Assembly: GCA_947627505.1 (NCBI GenBank)
Contig: CANQWG010000002.1
Coordinates: 17,444-81,443, forward strand
Origin: an uncultured Bacilli bacterium
GTDB taxonomy: Bacteria; Bacillota_I; Bacilli_A; RFN20; CAG-449
DNA: 64,000 nt
Direction: 5' to 3'
The notes beneath the pieces are model-generated. The model was not told where the DNA came from. It saw only the letters and a program-made list of their open reading frames with translations, and made no database searches. Both the position numbers and the translations under genes were made by a program. Shown here piece after piece: positions 18,510 to 28,997 of this stretch (the stretch's first letter is position 1; each line of letters opens with the position of its first letter).

Positions 18510-21038
18510 TTAATCGTTAATACCCGGAATTATCGCTTCTTGCGGTTCACTACCTGGATTGCGACGGGCTTTTTCTTCTTTCGCTCTCCGTTTCTTTTCA
18601 GCGCGCATCGATAACTTTTTCAAGCGATGATATCTTAAATGTTTACACATAAAGAGATAGAACGGAACCAAGAGATAAAGCACAACGACGATTCCAAGTA
18701 ACAAAGTGATGGTCAATCCGATATACAACGAAGACATCGAACTTGGACATAACGCTAGAAGAATCACGATTAAGAACAACAATGAAATTTCAAACGTATA
18801 TAAAGTCGGCATATATGAATCGTAAGCTTTTAAAGCAATTTCTTCGCGTTGTTCGTAAACGGTAACTTTCACTTTGTATTCACGAGTCAATTGTTTGACT
18901 TTCTCAATGAATGGAATGACAAGCAGTGCCGTAAGGGCCACGCCGCCTAAAATTCCAATTCCCGCATAACTATTGACCGCAACTCTTGTCACTGATAACA
19001 ATCCAAGGGCCACCGTTCCTTCGCTAAGTAAGATGCCAGCTGTAGCAAGTCCAAAGCGAAGACCGAAACGAACAAGGATGTAAGCTGTTGCCATCGCCGC
19101 AGTGACACCGAGAAGAATCAAAGAACTATTGAAGGTATTTTGCGGAACAACCGGAGTTGTTGAAGAGACATAAATTTTAGCGTTTCCATCCTCATCCAAT
19201 ATTTTATTCTTAATGGTCTCGATTTTTGCTTGATCGGTGATTGCAAAATCAAATTGTGCAGTAATATATGCAATTTCAGCATCTTCGTCTTCTTGATTGG
19301 GGTCATTTTGAACAACGATGTTTACCAAGGACGTATCGAGTTTAATGTCATCAGCCTTGAAGAAATCTTCGACGTCGGAATTGTAGACAAACATGTCGGT
19401 TTTATTAGTGACGATATCCACCCGACCACTTACGCTGAAATCATCGGTGTAATTGAAGTGAGTGGTAAATAAACCTAAAACAAGAATTGCTGCGACTGAT
19501 ACGAGCGTCAAACTGCCAGCGATAATCGCATTGCGACCTTTTTTAGCCATAAATGGATATGGATTTTTAACGTCCTCTTTTTTATCTTCTTCAGTTTTAC
19601 TGACTTCTGAAGTTGTTTCTTCATCACTTTTAAGTTTGACACCGAATTGATTTAAATGATTTTGGGCATAGGAACTGCCGCATAACCAATACATCATCCA
19701 TTTGCTCGGTAAAGTCGTAAAAATAAGGTTACTTAAAGATCCGACAATGAGGAAGAGCGAGAAATATTTAAGTTGTTGTCTAGCAACAAAATAAGCGACA
19801 AGACCAACCACAAAAAGTAAGAGTGAAGCATCAAGAGCGACGTATTTAGAACGTTTAAACGCTTCGTTGCTAGCTTTTAATGGATTGCGACCTTTTTTCA
19901 ATTCATCCCTAAATTTTTCAAAGTAACTGATTAAGAAGATCATGGAACAACCAATCACCGCGACGATTCCAATCACGATGGCCGGCGACATCTGGAATCC
20001 TAATCCGTTGAATAAGATGATGTCGATAAAAAGCGAAGCCAAAATCGAAACAACACCTACTACTCCAGCCCATCCGTAAGAATAGACAAAATAGATAGCT
20101 AAAACCAATAACGCAATTCCAATAGCCAATACGATTTTAGAGGAAGCGTCATTACCATAAGAAGGATCAACGTAATGTTGATACAATTTGGTTAAAACAA
20201 AGTCATGCTCGCTTGAAGTCAAAATACGTTGATAAGAGTGGGCTTGTTCCGCCGAAGCAAAGTCGGTTTTATCATAGCCACAATTGGTTATTGTTAAGGT
20301 TTGAGCCTCTTCATCGAAGTTTGTGCCACTTTCGGCGGTCACAATAGCGATGATTTTTTCTTGCATTTTTTTGCCTTCGAAACTATCGCTTTTAGCCTCT
20401 TCGTAGGTATCTGCTTCGGTTTTATTCATCCAAATAACGACGGTATTTTTAGCATTTTCAACATCAGTATTTTCTTCCGAGTGTTCCAATAAACCCTTAA
20501 ATTCGTTGATGTTTTTTAAGCCGATTACTAATGATGGCGTTCCAGAATCATATTTAACCGAAACATTGTTACGATCGATAACCTCTTCTTCGGAGCAACG
20601 ATCGCCATAAGTACAAACACTCAATGGTTTAGTAGCTTCAACGCTTCTTAAAATGTTTTCAAGGTTAGCGCTGGAGTTTGGAGTCAAAACAACGCGAAGT
20701 TGATAATAATTTTCATCTTCGTCGAATTCGGTGTCAACACGGGAATTTTTAACACCGGCGACTTCTAGACGATCAGTCACTAAATCGCTAACTTCAGCTA
20801 AATTTTGATTCTCGGTTCCTTCATCAAATTCAACATGATAAACCACTTCATAGCCTCCAGCAAATTCAAGACCATAATTCATCTTTTCGAGATGAAACTG
20901 CAAATTGAATCCTACAACAAGGACCAGTGAGAATGTCATGATTATAAACGCTATAAAACGACGCATATATTTTCCTCCGTGTTCTAAATAATTTAACAAT
21001 CGATTAAGTTTTATTGAGAAAGATCTCAAGATTTTCAA
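18510..21038 (-). CDS. secDF: fused protein translocase subunit SecDF
   Basis: 842 aa with two 6-TM bundles and periplasmic domains. Gram-positive-type fused SecDF. Confidence 0.9.
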   Translation of the reverse strand: MKILRSFSIKLNRLLNYLEHGGKYMRRFIAFIIMTFSLVLVVGFNLQFHLEKMNYGLEFAGGYEVVYHVEFDEGTENQNLAEVSDLVTDRLEVAGVKNSRVDTEFDEDENYYQLRVVLTPNSSANLENILRSVEATKPLSVCTYGDRCSEEEVIDRNNVSVKYDSGTPSLVIGLKNINEFKGLLEHSEENTDVENAKNTVVIWMNKTEADTYEEAKSDSFEGKKMQEKIIAIVTAESGTNFDEEAQTLTITNCGYDKTDFASAEQAHSYQRILTSSEHDFVLTKLYQHYVDPSYGNDASSKIVLAIGIALLVLAIYFVYSYGWAGVVGVVSILASLFIDIILFNGLGFQMSPAIVIGIVAVIGCSMIFLISYFEKFRDELKKGRNPLKASNEAFKRSKYVALDASLLLFVVGLVAYFVARQQLKYFSLFLIVGSLSNLIFTTLPSKWMMYWLCGSSYAQNHLNQFGVKLKSDEETTSEVSKTEEDKKEDVKNPYPFMAKKGRNAIIAGSLTLVSVAAILVLGLFTTHFNYTDDFSVSGRVDIVTNKTDMFVYNSDVEDFFKADDIKLDTSLVNIVVQNDPNQEDEDAEIAYITAQFDFAITDQAKIETIKNKILDEDGNAKIYVSSTTPVVPQNTFNSSLILLGVTAAMATAYILVRFGLRFGLATAGILLSEGTVALGLLSVTRVAVNSYAGIGILGGVALTALLVIPFIEKVKQLTREYKVKVTVYEQREEIALKAYDSYMPTLYTFEISLLFLIVILLALCPSSMSSLYIGLTITLLLGIVVVLYLLVPFYLFMCKHLRYHRLKKLSMRAEKKRRAKEEKARRNPGSEPQEAIIPGIND

Positions 21039-21127
21039 TTTTTTTAATGTGGTTATACCACATAAAAAATAAATCGCTAATTCAATATATCATTACACGA
21101 GTAATCTTTCAAGAATGAAGGCACAAA

Positions 21128-22456
21128 ATGAACAAAAAAAATACCAGTTTTTATCTATTATCGCTTTTAGTTATCGGTTTCTTTGCAAAGTTCATCTCGC
21201 TCAGTAACCGGATTGTTCTTTCACGGACGATTGGAATCGGAGCGATGTCACTTTTCACTCTTATCAATCCTCTTATTGTTCTCCTTATCACTTTTTCGAG
21301 TCTTTCACTCCCCACGGTCGTCGCCACTCTTATCGCCAAAAAGCCACAAGAAAGTAAAAAAATCTTCATTTCCGCGTTTACATTGATAATGTCTATCGCT
21401 ATTATCTTGATGATTTTAATCTTCTTTTTAAGTGAATTTATCGCTTCGAATATGCTTCACAACAAACAAAGTGTCGAAGCCATCAAAGCATGTTGCCTTT
21501 TAATTCCGTTAGTTTCGTTATCAAGCATCATAAAAGGCTATTTTCTTGGAAATAGCGAAGTTCGTCTCACCTCATTTTCGCAAATTTTCGAAGAAGGCAG
21601 TCGTTTGATTTTCATCGTCGTTTTTTCCGGCTTTTTTATGATGCAAAGTGACGATAAAAAAGCGGCTTTTGCCGTTTATTCGCTCTGCGTCGGAGAGATC
21701 TTTCAAACAACCTATCTTTTGCTTTTTGCGGAAGAAAAATTTATCGGTCGCTACAAAAAACTTTTTATCGATTCCTTTCATCGCGAAAACTTTGCTTATA
21801 AAGAAATTTTTAGTCTTTCACTTCCCCTTACAATGTCTAGAGCCGTCGGTTCTTTAACCTACTTTTTAGAGCCGATAATCCTCATGCAAATGTTACTGAA
21901 AAGCGGACTTAGCAGCGATGAAATCACTTTAAATTACGGAATTCTATCGGGTTATGTAATGCCTTTATTGTTGCTTCCCGGCTTTTTCTCTTTAGCACTA
22001 TCAAATTATCTACTTCCCAATATGGCAAAAGCGATCGGAAATCATAATATCAAAAAAGCCCGCACCATCTTCTTTAAAATCACCGGAAGCTGCCTATTGA
22101 TCGGCACTTTGATTTCCTTAGTATATTTTATTTTTCCACGCGAAATCATGAGTTTAATCTATCATACCGAAGTTGGAAGCGATCTTGTTCGTATTCTCGC
22201 TTTTCCTTTTGTAATCTACTACATCGAAACTCCGATTTCCAATGCTCTTCACGCCTTCAACCTTTCAAAAAAAGCCTTTAAAGCGACGCTGTTTTCTTCG
22301 ATATTGCGAATTACGATTTTAATTTTATTTACGACACACTTTGAAGTTTTTACGATCGCCATCGCGACTCTTGCTTCATGTTATCTCGATGTGTTACTTA
22401 ACTTTATTGATGTTTTGCGAGCTTTCAAACGGTACGATGTAAAAACTATCCTTTAA
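21128..22456 (+). CDS. spoVB: MOP-family polysaccharide/muropeptide flippase, SpoVB-like
   Basis: 442 aa, 12+ TM MATE-like flippase. Neighbours secDF and a yrbG-like DUF421 gene, as B. subtilis spoVB does. Confidence 0.7.
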   Translation: MNKKNTSFYLLSLLVIGFFAKFISLSNRIVLSRTIGIGAMSLFTLINPLIVLLITFSSLSLPTVVATLIAKKPQESKKIFISAFTLIMSIAIILMILIFFLSEFIASNMLHNKQSVEAIKACCLLIPLVSLSSIIKGYFLGNSEVRLTSFSQIFEEGSRLIFIVVFSGFFMMQSDDKKAAFAVYSLCVGEIFQTTYLLLFAEEKFIGRYKKLFIDSFHRENFAYKEIFSLSLPLTMSRAVGSLTYFLEPIILMQMLLKSGLSSDEITLNYGILSGYVMPLLLLPGFFSLALSNYLLPNMAKAIGNHNIKKARTIFFKITGSCLLIGTLISLVYFIFPREIMSLIYHTEVGSDLVRILAFPFVIYYIETPISNALHAFNLSKKAFKATLFSSILRITILILFTTHFEVFTIAIATLASCYLDVLLNFIDVLRAFKRYDVKTIL

Positions 22457-23065
22457 AGCCATCGCAAAAAAGATCTCTTTAGGATCGGTATAACCTTGTT
22501 TTTTTAATTCTTCAAGAAGATATTGCTGATCTTTTTCCATTCTTTTTAAGGCCGTTTCATTAATTCGTCCATCTAAAATCAAAGGGTCCGGATAAAGAAC
22601 TTCGCAATCTTTTTTCAAAATCACGTTGAGACTTCCGTTATCCTCTAAAATTCCATATTCGACTTCTTGAGGCGATTGAACGTCTTTGCTTCGCAACTGA
22701 ATCATCAAATCCTCGATGTTATATCGTTGTTTTTTCATTTCACTTTGAACGATTTTGCCTTTGTAGATAATAAAGTTAGTGGAACCTTCCATCGCGTTAC
22801 GAACTTTTGGAAATTTCAGCGATAAAAAAGCCGTTCCCAATTGTAAAATAACGATCACCGTCACCGGTATCAAAGAATGTAGAATTGAAGTTTCCGCTTC
22901 ATTTAACGACAAGGAAAACAATTCTGATATAACAAAAAATACCACGATATCGAACGTCGAAACTTTTCCGACTTCCCGTTTTCCCATGATTCGTAAAGTG
23001 ATGATTAAAAAGAAATAACAGATGATGGTCTTACCGATTACTAATAACGCTTCTTCAAAAGTCAT
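22394..23065 (-). CDS. DUF421 (YrbG/YetF-type) membrane protein
   Basis: N-terminal 3-TM region plus a C-terminal DUF421-like soluble domain. Convergent overlap with the spoVB 3' end. Confidence 0.6.
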   Translation of the reverse strand: MTFEEALLVIGKTIICYFFLIITLRIMGKREVGKVSTFDIVVFFVISELFSLSLNEAETSILHSLIPVTVIVILQLGTAFLSLKFPKVRNAMEGSTNFIIYKGKIVQSEMKKQRYNIEDLMIQLRSKDVQSPQEVEYGILEDNGSLNVILKKDCEVLYPDPLILDGRINETALKRMEKDQQYLLEELKKQGYTDPKEIFFAMALKDSFYIVPFESSQNINKVK

Positions 23066-23111
23066 AATTTACCTCTTCTAAAATTAAATTTCTTTTCATA
23101 CATTTTTTTAG

Positions 23112-23498
23112 GTGACACATATGAAAAAGAAATTGATCAATTTTAGTATATCCTTATTATCGGCAATTATTTTAGGATTTGTGATGATGGTGATCGTCAC
23201 ATTGCTTTCAAGAAACAACATCATCAATCAGCAAGTAAATGATAATATCGTGCTTGTAATATCCTTTATTCTCTTTTTCGCCTTTGGATTTTTCTTTGCC
23301 TTCAAAGAGAAAAAAAGAGGCTTTTTAAATGGCCTCTTATTAGTTTTGCTCTACTTGATTCTTGCTTACGGATATTTGCGAATCAGCAATCAAGAAGTAA
23401 CCTTCTCCAAAACGATGACGATCGTTGGAAGATCATTGCTCCTTTTAAGCGGTTCGGTACTTGGAGTCAATCTGGCTTCAAGAAATAATCAAGATTAA
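23112..23498 (+). CDS. hypothetical small membrane protein (4 predicted TM helices)
   Basis: ORF with hydrophobic helices; no recognisable family. Confidence 0.4.
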   Translation: MTHMKKKLINFSISLLSAIILGFVMMVIVTLLSRNNIINQQVNDNIVLVISFILFFAFGFFFAFKEKKRGFLNGLLLVLLYLILAYGYLRISNQEVTFSKTMTIVGRSLLLLSGSVLGVNLASRNNQD

Positions 23499-24496
23499 TC
23501 GTGATATAATCCAACTCGAAAATGGCGATACGCTTTTTCGGTAGCGACACGACCTCTGGGTGTTTTGTTGATTAACCCCAATTTTAAAAGATACGGTTCA
23601 TACACTTCTTCAAGGTTATTGATTTCTTCGCCGATTGTGCTCGCTAACGTTTCAAGACCGACCGGTCCTCCGGCAAAGCGATTGATAATCGCCTCTAAGT
23701 AGCGATTATCGACATCATCTAAACCTAAGTCATCGATTTTTAGCTTTTTCAAAGCGTCGTCAGTCAAAGCGATGTCGATGTTTTTTTGTTCGGCATACGA
23801 AGCAAAATCACGAACTCTTCGAAAGATTCGATTGGCAATACGTGGCGTTCCTCGAGAACGGATGGCGATGGCATTAGCGGCTTCATCGTCGATTGACATT
23901 TCATAGACGCGCGCCGTTCTTTTGACAATGCGTCTAATTTCATCTTCCGTATAATAATCAAGACGATTGACAATTCCAAAACGATCGCGAAGTGGCGAAG
24001 AAAGATCGCCGGGTTTAGTGGTCGCCCCTACCAAAGTAAATGGCGGTAAATCAATCGAAATATTGCGCGCATCATCGTCATGTCCCACGACGAGCGTCAA
24101 CGAAAAATCTTCCATCGCACTATATAAAATTTCTTCAATTATTCGTGGTAACCGATGAATTTCATCGATAAAGAGAATGTCTCCGGCACTCAAGGAAGAT
24201 AAAATCATCGCAAGATCGCTCGGTTTTTCAATCGATGGTCCGTTTACAAGACGAATATGCCCTCCCATTTCATTGGCGATCACATAGGCCAAAGTGGTTT
24301 TACCTAAACCAGGGGGACCATAAAGCAAAACATGATCCAAAGTTTCATTTCGCTTTTTGGCGGCACCGATAAAAACTTTAAGATTTGCCTTCATATCTTC
24401 TTGACCAATATACTCTTCAAGGCAACTTGGACGTAAAGTTTGATCAAGTTCGACTTCTTCGTTATTTTGTTCGTTAGGATCTAGTAATCGCGCCAT
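23495..24496 (-). CDS. ruvB: Holliday junction branch migration ATPase RuvB
   Basis: Walker [12 protein letters not shown] in an AAA+ fold; 333 aa. Confidence 0.95.
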   Translation of the reverse strand: MARLLDPNEQNNEEVELDQTLRPSCLEEYIGQEDMKANLKVFIGAAKKRNETLDHVLLYGPPGLGKTTLAYVIANEMGGHIRLVNGPSIEKPSDLAMILSSLSAGDILFIDEIHRLPRIIEEILYSAMEDFSLTLVVGHDDDARNISIDLPPFTLVGATTKPGDLSSPLRDRFGIVNRLDYYTEDEIRRIVKRTARVYEMSIDDEAANAIAIRSRGTPRIANRIFRRVRDFASYAEQKNIDIALTDDALKKLKIDDLGLDDVDNRYLEAIINRFAGGPVGLETLASTIGEEINNLEEVYEPYLLKLGLINKTPRGRVATEKAYRHFRVGLYHD

Positions 24497-24498
24497 GG

Positions 24499-25059
24499 TT
24501 ATTTCCTCATTTGCTTAAGTGCTTTTGAGATGTACTCTTTAACACTCAAATCTTCTTCCAAATTTTTTAATGCCTCATCCAAATCACGTGGTTTAAATCC
24601 AAGATTAATCAAAGCATCTTTAGCTAATTCCTTGTTAGGATTCAAGGTCATTTTCTTTTCCGGTTGCATCATCAAAGTACCCTTAAGATCGAGGATAATT
24701 TGTGAAGCGGCCTTAGGACCGATGCCAGGAAGCTTCTTTAAAGCGATGAGATCACCGCGCTTGACGATATCCAAAAAGCGTTCAATCGATATCGATTTTA
24801 ACGCATTCAAGGCCATTTTAGGACCGATGCCTTTGACGGTTAGCAATAGATTGTAAACTTCTTTTTCTTGCAGGGTTTCAAAACCGACAAGATATTCTTC
24901 ATCTTCGCGAACGATATGATTTACAAAAATCATCACTTCATCTCCGATTTTGTAGTGCTCTTCATGAAGAACATTGATCGCATATCCAATGCCTCCGACT
25001 TCAAGTATCACTAGTCCATTAATAATCATTGTGACTCTTCCTTTAAGATAGTAATACAT
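24499..25059 (-). CDS. ruvA: Holliday junction DNA helicase subunit RuvA
   Basis: OB domain, HhH pairs (GIGPKMA, GIGPKAA) and a C-terminal domain III. Confidence 0.92.
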   Translation of the reverse strand: MYYYLKGRVTMIINGLVILEVGGIGYAINVLHEEHYKIGDEVMIFVNHIVREDEEYLVGFETLQEKEVYNLLLTVKGIGPKMALNALKSISIERFLDIVKRGDLIALKKLPGIGPKAASQIILDLKGTLMMQPEKKMTLNPNKELAKDALINLGFKPRDLDEALKNLEEDLSVKEYISKALKQMRK

Positions 25060-25067
25060 ATTTCCTC

Positions 25068-25160
25068 CTAGTGAAAGACGATGATTGCATAGACGAGTGA
25101 AAGTAAAGCAGCTATTAGACTACAGATGAGAAGCGCAATCGTATATTGTCTTTTTTTCAT
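25068..25160 (-). CDS. possible 30-aa hydrophobic micropeptide (MKKRQYTIALLICSLIAALLSLVYAIIVFH) ending at the ruvA RBS
   Basis: ATG-initiated ORF. Its TAG stop is immediately followed by the GGAGG RBS of ruvA. Its own RBS is weak. Confidence 0.2.
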   Translation of the reverse strand: MKKRQYTIALLICSLIAALLSLVYAIIVFH

Positions 25161-25199
25161 ACAATATAATTATACCTAATCTCACGACTTTTTCTATGA

Positions 25200-26774
25200 T
25201 TAAATTTTATTTGAAACATTCAATGTCGCATAATCATCATTGATATCGGTAATTACGAAGTCAAAAAGCAATTTTTGACCATCGTTAAAGGTAAAATCTC
25301 TATAGACTGTCTTTCCGAAATTATCGAGTTTGTAGAACAAAGAATCGTCACTTGCGCATCCGTCTCCACGATTTAAAGTATATCTGCCACTGGATTCCAT
25401 AAGCGTCAACAACTTACATCGATCGATGGATTCACTTAGCGTATTGCTATGAGCAATATTGGTATAATACGTCAAATAACGCGAATCCACCTCAATATTT
25501 TCGGTATAGCCGGAGAATAAATAACCATTCAAGGCATAATTGTAACGGAAAAGACCCAATCGTGAATCGACATGAAAGACGCGGATCCCCGGTTTTGAAT
25601 ATCCTTTTATTCCGTTACCTAAATAAGGCGCTTTACTATCTAAAGCATTGAGATTAGTCGGAGTATAATATTCGATGATAAGATATTCACCAAATGGCGA
25701 ACCATTGAATTGGCCACTAGGAATAATCAAAAAATCGCCCTCGTTCTCAAAAGGCGCAAGTTGATATTCTTGTTCCTTTTGAACAATTCGCGGTTCTACC
25801 CACCCAAGTAGAAGTTTTGAAAACGGATTGTGGTCGATAATATTTGCGTCCATCATGTCAATTGCACCACATGGAGCATCGTCTTGATCGTAAGAATAGT
25901 AATCATCTAATCCTAAAAGATGGCCAGTTTCATGAATGTAAGTATGGGCATCCGGAAGTTTGTAGCCTCCATCATACATAAATTCAATTGAAGCCCAGGA
26001 ATAAACATTAGCAGTTGGCGATTTGACGCTTCCGACGTTGCTATTACCTAAGTCCCAATAAGTATAAGCCCATAAAAGATCATCATATTCAGAATTTGAA
26101 ATTTCATAATTTTCAGAATGAACAATCCATAAAGCGTCGATAAAACCATCGTGGTTTTGATCAAATGACGAAACGAGATCTGGATATGTATTTTTAAACC
26201 ATGCCACGGCTTCCCTTATCACTAAATATGTCGGATCGATGATATCATCATTGAGATAAGCGTTTGCAAGCATCGATAAAGAATATGAAGAATCAAACCA
26301 ATCAGTCACTAGGCCTTGAATATTTAAATAGCCATAACTAGATTTATAATAAAACGATGAGACCGATTCATAACCGGTTGCCGCTGTTTCTCCAAAAAAG
26401 CTTCTTTCGATATCACTTTTAAGTCTCGCACATCCTTTGCTGTTGCTTTGGCAAGTGCGACCATTTTTAAAATTGACGGGAATCACGAGAAGATTCTGAT
26501 TGCCTAAAGAATTAAAAGCGATCGTCGGATAGCCGTTTTCGTGGAGCTTTTTTAACGTATTGTGGGTAATCACTTGAGAATCTAATGCCTTTTTCGCGCG
26601 ATTATTCGTATATGAAAAATCATCGCTTGTCGGATGATACCAACTTGGAGTTTCAAAATTTTCGACATCTTGCGATTGGTCAACTTGACTATCGCTACTT
26701 TGAGGGAACCTAAAGTCACACGAACTTAAAAGCAAAGTTCCCAATAAAAACAAAATTCCTAAAAGTTTCTTCAT
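25200..26774 (-). CDS. secreted zinc metalloprotease lipoprotein (HExxHxxGxxD; InhA/M6-like or snapalysin-like), paralog 1
   Basis: Lipobox LLLSSC. Motif YIHETGHLLGLDDYYSYD. The core is shared with the next two ORFs (LLVIPVNF, SVSSFYYKSSYG, LLWAYTYWDL, PCGxIDMMD). Confidence 0.75.
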   Translation of the reverse strand: MKKLLGILFLLGTLLLSSCDFRFPQSSDSQVDQSQDVENFETPSWYHPTSDDFSYTNNRAKKALDSQVITHNTLKKLHENGYPTIAFNSLGNQNLLVIPVNFKNGRTCQSNSKGCARLKSDIERSFFGETAATGYESVSSFYYKSSYGYLNIQGLVTDWFDSSYSLSMLANAYLNDDIIDPTYLVIREAVAWFKNTYPDLVSSFDQNHDGFIDALWIVHSENYEISNSEYDDLLWAYTYWDLGNSNVGSVKSPTANVYSWASIEFMYDGGYKLPDAHTYIHETGHLLGLDDYYSYDQDDAPCGAIDMMDANIIDHNPFSKLLLGWVEPRIVQKEQEYQLAPFENEGDFLIIPSGQFNGSPFGEYLIIEYYTPTNLNALDSKAPYLGNGIKGYSKPGIRVFHVDSRLGLFRYNYALNGYLFSGYTENIEVDSRYLTYYTNIAHSNTLSESIDRCKLLTLMESSGRYTLNRGDGCASDDSLFYKLDNFGKTVYRDFTFNDGQKLLFDFVITDINDDYATLNVSNKI

Positions 26775-28768
26775 AATATTTTCCTAGAAATCGATAACGC
26801 TACGCCCTTGTCATCCATATCTCCGATTTGAATCGTGAATTTCAACGATGATCCATCGTTGAATGAAAAGTTATTATAGATACTACTGCCGAACACTTGC
26901 CCGGTTTTTAATAACGTTTCATTAGTCGCATATCCACTTTCAAAAAGCGTATTGGTTCCCTCAGCATTTAAAAGCGTGATTTTTCGTACATTGTAATCGC
27001 GAGAAGAAGTGGTATTTGAAGCATAATATCCGATATTTCCGGAAACTTGAGTGGTAAAACCACCGCCGCCAGTTAATCCCGCATAGCGATAAAGGCGATT
27101 GTCGACATGGTATATTTTAATGCCGTTTTCAGTGAAGCACTTAAGATAACGTTCGTCATAACCATATGCATCGCTTTCATTTAAGCCGGTCGGAGTATAG
27201 TATTCCACCAACAAAAATTCATTAAATACAGAACCATTCCACGTAGATGCGGGAATCAGTAAAAACTGACCACTAGAACTAAAAGGTCTTAAAACTAATT
27301 TTTGTTCCGTGGCGATGACTGTCGGATTAGCCCACTCTAATAGCATTTTAGAAAATGAGTTATGATCTCCGACATTAAAATCCATCATGTCGATACCACC
27401 ACATGGCATCGAATAATCGATTCCGACACCCGTCGCGTTACTTCCATAGTTATAATTGTAATAATCGTCTAATCCCAACAGATGACCGGTTTCATGAATG
27501 TAAGTATGAGCATCAACTTTACTACGATTTTGGCGCTTTAAAAAATCATAAGAAGCCCAACAATAGCTTCTAGCCATCGGCGAAACTGCAGATGCCCGAC
27601 TATCGAGATCCCAATATGTATAGGCCCACAACAAATCCGAATACTTTCTTAAACTCAAATTAGAGCGCGAAGAATTATAATACGGAGCGGCATAGACTAA
27701 CCACACGCCGTCGATGAAGCCGTCGTGATCATTATCGAAATCTAAAATATCATCGTATTGAGATTTATACCAACGAATCGCTTCACGTAAAACAAAGTAA
27801 GTTGGATCGTTATATAATCCGCGCAATGATTCAATGTCAGAGACATCGTAATTAAGATTGAACCAATCGCTCACTTTTCCTTTTATACTAAGTTGACCAT
27901 AACTTGATTTGTAGTAATAAGAAGACACCGATTCCCAATCAGTGTACTCACTCTTAGCAAAGAACGCTTTTTCGATATCTTGGCGTGCTTTAGAACAACC
28001 CCCATCGATATCATTACAAGTATAATCGTTAAAATTAACCGGAATAACCAATAGATTCGGTTCTCCCCGACTTGGAAATTGATAAGTGCCGCGGTAATTT
28101 TGGTAATCCGAAAGTTTAGTATCATATACCGAAGTCATATTTATCGATGGTGATGGTTGATTATTTTGCAATTCATATTTATCAAACAATGTTCCGTTAA
28201 TTTGAAAATCTCCTTCACGAATAATCACTCTTTTGAGGCCAAAAGACAAGTTGTCGTCTTTTTGCAATAACATGATTTTTATCTGATTGATGGTATTATC
28301 ACCGCATGGTAGTTTTACACTGACCGATGAAGAAGATACGTCCTTTTCATCAAAGTAAGCAGTAGAAATCAAAGTATTATCGTGATATGCCGAAACTTCA
28401 AAAAGTAAGTTTGTTATCGGAAGATGAGTTGTTTCATTGTACGCAAACTCAATTTCCACAATCGCATCGTTAGCGATATTCAATTGTGGCGACAAAATAT
28501 AATCATTGCTATTCTCAAAAAGTATCAAAGAAGTAGGAGATAATTGAAAAACTCTTTTTGAATATGTCCATCCTTGTGGCGCGGTAAATTGGTGCACAAA
28601 AGATTGATCGTTATAAACGACAGTTGATGTTTCCTCACTAAAAGAACTTGAAATGAGATTTTCTTCCAAAGAGGAACTATTTAAACTATAATCAAAAAAA
28701 GTATCTTTTGAGCATGAGCTTAACAACATTATGGTAGCAAATGCCAAAGATTTGAACTTCATTTTCAT
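26771..28768 (-). CDS. secreted zinc metalloprotease lipoprotein, paralog 2, with an extra ~200-aa N-terminal domain
   Basis: Lipobox MLLSSC. Motif YIHETGHLLGLDDYYNYN. 4-nt overlap with paralog 1. Its N-terminal domain is related to that of paralog 3. Confidence 0.75.
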   Translation of the reverse strand: MKMKFKSLAFATIMLLSSCSKDTFFDYSLNSSSLEENLISSSFSEETSTVVYNDQSFVHQFTAPQGWTYSKRVFQLSPTSLILFENSNDYILSPQLNIANDAIVEIEFAYNETTHLPITNLLFEVSAYHDNTLISTAYFDEKDVSSSSVSVKLPCGDNTINQIKIMLLQKDDNLSFGLKRVIIREGDFQINGTLFDKYELQNNQPSPSINMTSVYDTKLSDYQNYRGTYQFPSRGEPNLLVIPVNFNDYTCNDIDGGCSKARQDIEKAFFAKSEYTDWESVSSYYYKSSYGQLSIKGKVSDWFNLNYDVSDIESLRGLYNDPTYFVLREAIRWYKSQYDDILDFDNDHDGFIDGVWLVYAAPYYNSSRSNLSLRKYSDLLWAYTYWDLDSRASAVSPMARSYCWASYDFLKRQNRSKVDAHTYIHETGHLLGLDDYYNYNYGSNATGVGIDYSMPCGGIDMMDFNVGDHNSFSKMLLEWANPTVIATEQKLVLRPFSSSGQFLLIPASTWNGSVFNEFLLVEYYTPTGLNESDAYGYDERYLKCFTENGIKIYHVDNRLYRYAGLTGGGGFTTQVSGNIGYYASNTTSSRDYNVRKITLLNAEGTNTLFESGYATNETLLKTGQVFGSSIYNNFSFNDGSSLKFTIQIGDMDDKGVALSISRKIL

Positions 28769-28957
28769 ACCATCATCTCCTTTTGATTGTTTAATATTTT
28801 AACATCTATTATTTCAATATCAATAAAATTTCAAAATGTAAAACAAATCGACAAAATAATGAAAACATATTTTTCACTTTTTGTTGCGCTTTATTAGTTT
28901 CTTAAATATAAATTATTAATATTTTATTTTTGCGTTACATTAATTTAATTTCATTAT

Positions 28958-28995
28958 AAAAACCAATGTACCTTTAACTCAGCACATTGGTTTTT
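28958..28995 (-). terminator. rho-independent terminator after metalloprotease paralog 3
   Basis: Hairpin AAAAACCAATGT-(14 nt)-ACATTGGTTTTT, immediately downstream of the stop at 28998. Confidence 0.65.
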
Positions 28996-28997
28996 GA

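Noticed and set aside
28769-28997. AT-rich 230-bp gap between metalloprotease paralogs 2 and 3 as a possible small RNA or mobile element
   Set aside because: It contains only a terminator hairpin for paralog 3 and AT-rich promoter-like sequence for paralog 2. There are no inverted terminal repeats and no coding potential.
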